Source of the DNA: Candidatus Bathyarchaeota archaeon
GTDB taxonomy: Archaea; Thermoproteota; Bathyarchaeia; Bathyarchaeales; Bathycorpusculaceae
Reading direction: 5' to 3'
Assembly: GCA_963828195.1 (NCBI GenBank)
Contig: CAWHDT010000007.1
Span: forward strand, 256,001 to 320,000
Length of the DNA: 64,000 bases
Positions 58,352 through 64,000 of the stretch are shown here, piece by piece (positions within the stretch are counted from its first letter, which is position 1; each line of letters opens with the position of its first letter). Below the pieces are notes generated by a model. That model was not told where the DNA came from, ran no database searches, and saw only the letters and a program-made list of their open reading frames with translations. The position numbers were made by a program, and so were the translations under genes.

Positions 58352-60460
58352 ATGACAAAAGCACGCGACCCCGTATGCGGAATGGACGTTGATACGGAAA
58401 CAGCCTTAAGCGCCAAAATAGGCGACCGAACCTACTACTTCTGCAGCCAACAATGCCTCGACGTATACACTGCACCTGAACGTGAGCTTAAGGCGATGCA
58501 GCGAAGAGTGGGGTTCACTTTGGCGGGGGCAATCGCAGCTCTGGGGCTTAAAGTGCTTGCGCTGTTCGGTTTGATAGCGACGATAATGTATTTTGACGTA
58601 GCGGGAGGGCTTCGAATTTTCGACATAGCCATATTTGCCGTGTCAACACCTATCGTGTGGATAGCTGGCTTTCGGATTTACAAGGGAGCTTACCAGTCAC
58701 TTAGAAACCGCAACATCAACATGGACGTTCTGGTGACAATAGGAGTTCTCGCAGGCTGGACATATGGAGTCATAAACATCTTTTTGCTGCCTGCACAACA
58801 AGCGGGTTCAGGTTACCTGGAAATAGCCATCGGCATCTTAGCCTTTGTCCTGCTGGGAAGGTACATCGAAGAATTAATTCGGCGCCGATCAGCCGCCTCA
58901 ATACGAAAACTCCTCGAACTTCAACCGACAATGGCAAGAGTTGACAGAGACGGAAAAGAAACCGACATACCCATAGAAGAAGTTAAAGTGGGCGACACAA
59001 TCACTGTTAAGCCGGGGGAAAAAATCCCCATTGACGGCATTGTAACTGCAGGTTACTCGTCGGTTGATGAGAAACTGCTTACTGGCGAGAGTATACCCGT
59101 CGAGAAAACTGTCGGAAGCGAAGTTGTTGGCGCCACAATCAACAAAACTGGATTCTTGACGATCGAAGCCACAAAAGTCAGCGGCGAAACCGCCCTGTCA
59201 CAGATAGTTCACCTTGTTGAAGAGGCTCAGGCTTCGAGTGCTCCAGTGCAGAGATTTGCTGACCGAATTGTCCGATGGTTTGTTCCAATTATTTTGACGG
59301 TAGCAACCATTTCGTTTGTCTACTGGTATGTGACAAGCGGCAACTTTGCAACAGCGTTCTTGGTGCTGTTGGCTGTGGTGTTGATTTCTTGTCCATGCGC
59401 CTTGGGCATTGCAACTCCGACAGCCATTCTTGCAGGTGTCGGAAAAGGCGCGGAATACGGAGTATTGCTGCGAAGCGGAGAATACATTGAAAAAGCGAGA
59501 AAACTTACAACCGTCATATTCGACAAAACTGGAACTTTGACAAAGGGAGAGCCAAGCGTAACCGACATCAAAACCTACAACGCTTACACAGAACATGACG
59601 TATTGCGCTATGCAGGCGCCGCTGAGAAAGGTTCAGAGCATCCTTTGGCGGCAGCTATAATTGCCAAAGCTGAAGCAGAAAAAGTACCTGTTGCTCAACC
59701 TGGCAGTTTTGAGGCTTTACCCGGCAGAGGCGTCAAATGTAGTGTCGGAGGCAAAGCGGTTCTGCTGGGAAATCGCAAGTTGATGCAGGAACAAAACGTT
59801 TCCACAAGCGGGTTGGAAGCTGACCTTACGGCGTTTGAAGCTCAAGGAAAAACTGTAATGGTCCTCGCGGTGGATGGGCAATGTGTCGGATTAGTCGCAG
59901 CTATGGATACCCCAAAAGAGAGCGCCGCCGAAGCTGTTGAGCAATTGAAGAGCATGAATCTGGAAGTTGTCATGTTGACTGGCGATAATGAAGTAACCGC
60001 TAAAGCAATCGCTCATCAACTGGGCATCACCGAGGTTATTGCGAACGTTCTGCCATGGCAAAAGTCAGAAGCCATTAAGAAACTTCAAAGCAAAGGCAAA
60101 ATCGTCGCGATGGTTGGGGACGGAATCAACGATGCGCCCGCGTTAGCTCAAGCCGACATCGGCATCGCGATTGGAAGCGGAACCGACATTGCCAAAGAAA
60201 CCGGCGGCATAGTGCTGATTCGAGATGACTTGAGGGATGTGGCTTTAGGAGTTGAACTTAGCAAGAAAACGATGCGAAAAATCGACACTAACCTGATGTG
60301 GGCTTTCGGCTACAACGTAATTATGATTCCGATTGCCGCTGCGGGTTTACTGAATCCAATGTACGCTGCAGGGGCGATGGCGATAAGCAGCCTAACGGTA
60401 GTCAGCAACTCCGCGTTGTTAAAGTTGGCTAAATTTAAATCAGACAAAGTTAATCAGTAA
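58352..60460 (+). CDS. copA: Cu(I)-translocating P1B ATPase with N-terminal YHS/TRASH domain
   Basis: DPVCGM...YYFCS..C, TGES, CPC, DKTGT, SEHP, GDGIND, YN and MAISS motifs. Confidence 0.95.
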   Translation: MTKARDPVCGMDVDTETALSAKIGDRTYYFCSQQCLDVYTAPERELKAMQRRVGFTLAGAIAALGLKVLALFGLIATIMYFDVAGGLRIFDIAIFAVSTPIVWIAGFRIYKGAYQSLRNRNINMDVLVTIGVLAGWTYGVINIFLLPAQQAGSGYLEIAIGILAFVLLGRYIEELIRRRSAASIRKLLELQPTMARVDRDGKETDIPIEEVKVGDTITVKPGEKIPIDGIVTAGYSSVDEKLLTGESIPVEKTVGSEVVGATINKTGFLTIEATKVSGETALSQIVHLVEEAQASSAPVQRFADRIVRWFVPIILTVATISFVYWYVTSGNFATAFLVLLAVVLISCPCALGIATPTAILAGVGKGAEYGVLLRSGEYIEKARKLTTVIFDKTGTLTKGEPSVTDIKTYNAYTEHDVLRYAGAAEKGSEHPLAAAIIAKAEAEKVPVAQPGSFEALPGRGVKCSVGGKAVLLGNRKLMQEQNVSTSGLEADLTAFEAQGKTVMVLAVDGQCVGLVAAMDTPKESAAEAVEQLKSMNLEVVMLTGDNEVTAKAIAHQLGITEVIANVLPWQKSEAIKKLQSKGKIVAMVGDGINDAPALAQADIGIAIGSGTDIAKETGGIVLIRDDLRDVALGVELSKKTMRKIDTNLMWAFGYNVIMIPIAAAGLLNPMYAAGAMAISSLTVVSNSALLKLAKFKSDKVNQ

Positions 60461-60484
60461 CATTAGGATTGGAGGTGAATGTTT

Positions 60485-60640
60485 ATGGCTAAAGATCCAG
60501 TTTGCGGCATGATGGTTGACGAGAAAAAAGCAAAATTCAAATCGGACTACAACGGCAAAACATTCTATTTCTGCGCTGTCGCCTGCAAAACCACTTTTGA
60601 CAAAGACCCAAAAAAATATGCAGGTGCCTCTGGGAAATAA
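60485..60640 (+). CDS. YHS/TRASH metallochaperone (51 aa; not in ORF track)
   Basis: GGAGGTGA RBS. MAKDPVCGMMVDEKKAKFKSDYNGKTFYFCAVACKTTFDKDPKKY. Confidence 0.93.
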   Translation: MAKDPVCGMMVDEKKAKFKSDYNGKTFYFCAVACKTTFDKDPKKYAGASGK

Positions 60641-60736
60641 CTTTTGCATTTGGGACTGTTCTAAGCCTCAAGTTTAGAGCGCCGTTTAATCTAATTTTCA
60701 ACGCTGCTTTTTTTCCCGATCTAAATTCAGTTCGTT

Positions 60737-61381
60737 TTAGAACGCGCCTAATAGCACGTGCTCCGCAAACAGGTCCTCGTTGAATGCTCCAACAAACTCT
60801 ATTTTCTCATTAATAACTATCTTGGGCACCCCGATTACGTTGTACTTCATGGCTAAATCTGGAAACTCGCTGGTTTCTATCACGTCCGCTTTCACCAAAT
60901 CGCTTTCGATGGCTAACTTATGTGCAACTGCCGCAGCTGCAGGGCAATGGGGGCAGGTGAGGGTTACGAAGACTTGAATGTGAACGGGATTTTTGACCTC
61001 TTTTAGAATTGACTTTGTGTTGTCTGTGAGGTCAGTTTGGCCTTTTGAAACGTTAATGATTGCTTCAATTAAAGTTTGCAGTTCGTACCCGTAGGGTATC
61101 CCGTAAATCCGCACGCCATAATCTTTTTTGCCGATTATCGCTAAGGCTGGAATTTTGTCGATGCCGTATTCTTTTGCTTTTGCGGTGTCAGCTACAAAAT
61201 CATTCACCTCAACGGTTATCTTATCATCGAGTGTGGCTATGTCGGTTACTAGGTTTCGTGTGTCGGAGCAGTATCGGCATTCAATCTCTTGAGTAAACAT
61301 GACAATTTTAACTGGGTCAACCAGTTTCTCTTTAAAATCAGCTTTAAGTAATTCTTTCTTGTCCTCAGGAAGCAAACTCAT
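60737..61381 (-). CDS. Protein disulfide oxidoreductase (two-thioredoxin-fold PDO)
   Basis: CRYC and CPHC sites, G.P.GYE and GVPK. Confidence 0.92.
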   Translation of the reverse strand: MSLLPEDKKELLKADFKEKLVDPVKIVMFTQEIECRYCSDTRNLVTDIATLDDKITVEVNDFVADTAKAKEYGIDKIPALAIIGKKDYGVRIYGIPYGYELQTLIEAIINVSKGQTDLTDNTKSILKEVKNPVHIQVFVTLTCPHCPAAAAVAHKLAIESDLVKADVIETSEFPDLAMKYNVIGVPKIVINEKIEFVGAFNEDLFAEHVLLGAF

Positions 61382-61568
61382 AAAATCTACGCTCCATAAA
61401 CGGTTTCGCCAATTGCTTTGGCAACCAATTAAATTAACAGGGTGTTCGGGAATATATTGATTTTTGATTTCTTAAGCAGGCATAATGAATTTGGTCTGTG
61501 GGGATCTTTTTTGGATTTGAGGCTTTTTTTCAGGATTGTTTTGTCCGATTTAGGCGTGTTCTTTTGTG

Positions 61569-61747
61569 TTTTTTTAAGTTGCGACTTTGCCCCTGTGAAA
61601 GTTGCGACTTCCCGCTTTGGCTCTTTGTGTTTTGGGTTGTTTTTTTGGTTTAGGTTTGGCTTCTGCCTGAACGTTGCGACTTTGGGATGGGCGGATTGCA
61701 ACTTTCCATGTTGACGCTATGTGGGCGGTATTGTCGGTTATGGGCGG
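61569..61747 (-). repeat. Dispersed intergenic repeat family A, copy 2 (inverted)
   Basis: Four GTTGCGACTTT-type motifs on the + strand. The reverse complement is colinear with 2938-3118. Confidence 0.85.
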
Positions 61748-61822
61748 GGGCTCGATTTACGTGCTGAACAAAAGCCATATAAACAATCGGGACCTATCAA
61801 ACCTTGATTTTTGTCTGTTTAA

Positions 61823-62257
61823 TTGGAGATGGAAAATTTGACTACGAAAATGTATGCTAATGCCAAGTTGATTGAGGGCTTCCAAATTTTGCTTGATGAT
61901 AACGGATCTCATAGTTACGTCGTGGATCTTGCTCCTGATGTTGGAACGGGGCTTGGGGCTTCGTCGCTTGAACTCTGTGTGATGAGTCATGCGGGCTGCT
62001 ACGTTACGATTCTTGCGTTGGTGGCGAGGAAAATGCATTTGACGCTTAAAGGCGCCAGAGTCAAGGTTGAAGCGGTGAAGTCGGATGAAACTGGAACCGT
62101 CAGCGAGGAAACCTTTGACATAAGCATTAAGACGGATGCACCGCAGGATAGGGTTGAGAGGCTGCATAAGCTGACGCTTGAAACGTGCCCAGTCGGCATT
62201 CTTTTCGAGAAGGCAGGAGTCAAAATAACCTACAAGCTCAACGTTACAAAGGAGTAA
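61823..62257 (+). CDS. OsmC family protein
   Basis: G.G.S.LEL..S.AGC and TCPVG motifs. Confidence 0.88.
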   Translation: MEMENLTTKMYANAKLIEGFQILLDDNGSHSYVVDLAPDVGTGLGASSLELCVMSHAGCYVTILALVARKMHLTLKGARVKVEAVKSDETGTVSEETFDISIKTDAPQDRVERLHKLTLETCPVGILFEKAGVKITYKLNVTKE

Positions 62258-62263
62258 GAAACT

Positions 62264-63451
62264 GTGCAGAATGTTGTTTTGAAGGAAGGAGTAAACTGGG
62301 TTGGAGTTGAAGATTGGAACATACGAGACTTTCACGGGTATGTTACAAGCCGAGGCACCACCTACAACGCATACTTAATTAGAGATGAAAAAACAGCGCT
62401 CATAGACACTGTAAAATGCAATTTCGCCGAGCGCTTAATCGAGAACATCGAAGAGCTAACAAGCCTAGAAAAAATCGATTACATCATAGTTAACCATGTG
62501 GAGATGGATCATTCGGGCGCCCTTCCCGAAATCGTAAAAATAGCTAAAAACGCCAAGATAATTTCGTCTCAAAGAGGAAAAGAAGCGCTTATCGAGCATT
62601 TCGGCGAGGAATTCAACAGGGTTGAAACAGTGAAGACCGGTGACGAGCTAAAACTTGGCAAGCATACCTTGCGTTTTCTCGAAACTCCGATGCTGCATTG
62701 GCCCGACAGCATGTTCACTTATCTTGTGGAAGACAAAATCCTTATGTCAAACGACGCTTTTGGGGAGCATCTTGCCAGTTCTGAGCGCTTCGACGACGAA
62801 GTTGACCCAGCATTGCTTATGGAAGAAGCTAGAACTTATTACGCGAACATTTTGACGCCTTTTGCACCGCTCATTACCCGAAAGATTCAGGAGCTTGTGC
62901 AAATGGGCCTTCCCATCGACATTATTGCCCCAGACCACGGTATAATCTGGAGAAAAGACCCATCTAAAATTATTAAAGCTTACCTGCAATGGAGCTCAGG
63001 CGTGGCTAAGCAGAAAGTTGTAATTGTTTATGATACAATGTGGGGAAGCACAGAAAAGATGGCTCGCGCCATAGAAGACGGCCTAAATAGTGAGGGTCTC
63101 GAGATTAAGTCGCTCAAGCTCCGAGCCACAACCAACACCGATGTTGTAACGGAGATACTGGAAGCTAAAGCGGTTATCGTGGGTTCGCCAACGCTCAACA
63201 ACCAAATGTTTCCGACTGTTAGCTCCTTTTTAACCTACATAACGGGACTGAAACCGAAAGGAAAACTGTGGGTGTTCTTCGGCTCCTTCGGCTGGGGAGG
63301 CGGTGCGGTCAGGGATATGGTTGAAATGGCAAAAAAAGCAGGCTTCCAAATCAATGAAACATCTATAGAAGTCAAGTACATTCCAGACGAAGACGATTTG
63401 AAAAAATGTGTTGATTTTGGGCAAAAAATAGCCCAAAAAATCAAGTCTTAA
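62264..63451 (+). CDS. fprA: Flavodiiron protein FprA
   Basis: GTTYNAY, HVEMDHSG, HWPD, DAFG, PDHG and flavodoxin TMWGST motifs. Confidence 0.95.
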   Translation: MQNVVLKEGVNWVGVEDWNIRDFHGYVTSRGTTYNAYLIRDEKTALIDTVKCNFAERLIENIEELTSLEKIDYIIVNHVEMDHSGALPEIVKIAKNAKIISSQRGKEALIEHFGEEFNRVETVKTGDELKLGKHTLRFLETPMLHWPDSMFTYLVEDKILMSNDAFGEHLASSERFDDEVDPALLMEEARTYYANILTPFAPLITRKIQELVQMGLPIDIIAPDHGIIWRKDPSKIIKAYLQWSSGVAKQKVVIVYDTMWGSTEKMARAIEDGLNSEGLEIKSLKLRATTNTDVVTEILEAKAVIVGSPTLNNQMFPTVSSFLTYITGLKPKGKLWVFFGSFGWGGGAVRDMVEMAKKAGFQINETSIEVKYIPDEDDLKKCVDFGQKIAQKIKS

Positions 63452-63455
63452 CTTT

Positions 63456-63959
63456 TTAAGCTATTTTCATGAATTTTTCTTTTGGCGTGGAGCAGATTGG
63501 GCATTTGTCAGGCGCTGAACCTTCAAAGGTGTTTCCGCAGATGGGGCACACCCAATAGTCTACTTTGGCGTGTTCCTTCTTGTTCTTCATTGCGTCAAGT
63601 GCTTTCTGGTATAAGCCTGCGTGTATTTGCTCAACCTTGTTTGCAAACTCAAAGCTTATTTCAGCGTGCTTATTTCCTTCCTTCTTTGCGTCAGCAATGA
63701 ATTCAGGGTACATCGTTTTGAACTCGTATGTTTCCCCGGTAATCGCAGTTCCCAAGTTGTCTTTGGTTGATTTTACCTGCCCAGTTATTTGCAGATGGTT
63801 CAGGGCGTGGACGGTTTCTGCTTCAGCCGCGGCTCTAAACAGCTTAGCTACTTGCGGGAAACCTTCTTCAGCTGCCTTCTTAGCGAAAGCCAAATACAAC
63901 CTGTTAGCTTGGGATTCGCCTGCGAAAGCAGCCTTTAAGTTTTCATCAGTTTTAGTCAT
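63456..63959 (-). CDS. rbr: Rubrerythrin
   Basis: AFAGESQA, E..HA and E..H motifs, with C-terminal CPICG...CPIC. Confidence 0.95.
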   Translation of the reverse strand: MTKTDENLKAAFAGESQANRLYLAFAKKAAEEGFPQVAKLFRAAAEAETVHALNHLQITGQVKSTKDNLGTAITGETYEFKTMYPEFIADAKKEGNKHAEISFEFANKVEQIHAGLYQKALDAMKNKKEHAKVDYWVCPICGNTFEGSAPDKCPICSTPKEKFMKIA

Positions 63960-64000
63960 AAAAGTTCACCAAAAAATAATTGTCAAAGGCAAGTAATAAG

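Overview
Archaeal chromosomal window, most likely Bathyarchaeia (TACK). This is inferred from TFE, thermosome, prefoldin beta, uS15-DHH-Pcc1, Tes, GGAGGTGA ribosome-binding sites and frequent TTG/GTG starts. The left end holds toxin-antitoxin (TA) genes and decayed remnants. It is followed by housekeeping genes: tfe, tRNA-Pro, two moeA, thyA, thermosome, sua5, pfdB, an ECF module and endonuclease IV. The centre (about 24.4-51.6 kb) is a ~27-kb block that interleaves tetraether-lipid genes with cobamide genes. The lipid genes are tes, a divergent DGGGP synthase, a Gms-like radical SAM, two B12-dependent radical SAMs, five glycosyltransferases and a GalE-like epimerase. The cobamide genes are cobT, cobZ, cobD, cbiA and two cobS/cobY pairs, plus two Dph6-like ATP pyrophosphatases. 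Several paralogues carry substitutions at catalytic motifs. The right end holds rps15, a ribophorin-I-like protein, and copper and oxidative-stress genes. Two dispersed non-coding repeat families were found by eye: family A (2 copies, four phased AAAGTCGCAAC motifs) and family B (3 modular copies with hairpins). Four small genes missed by the ORF track were also found. All family assignments come from motif recognition, not database searches.
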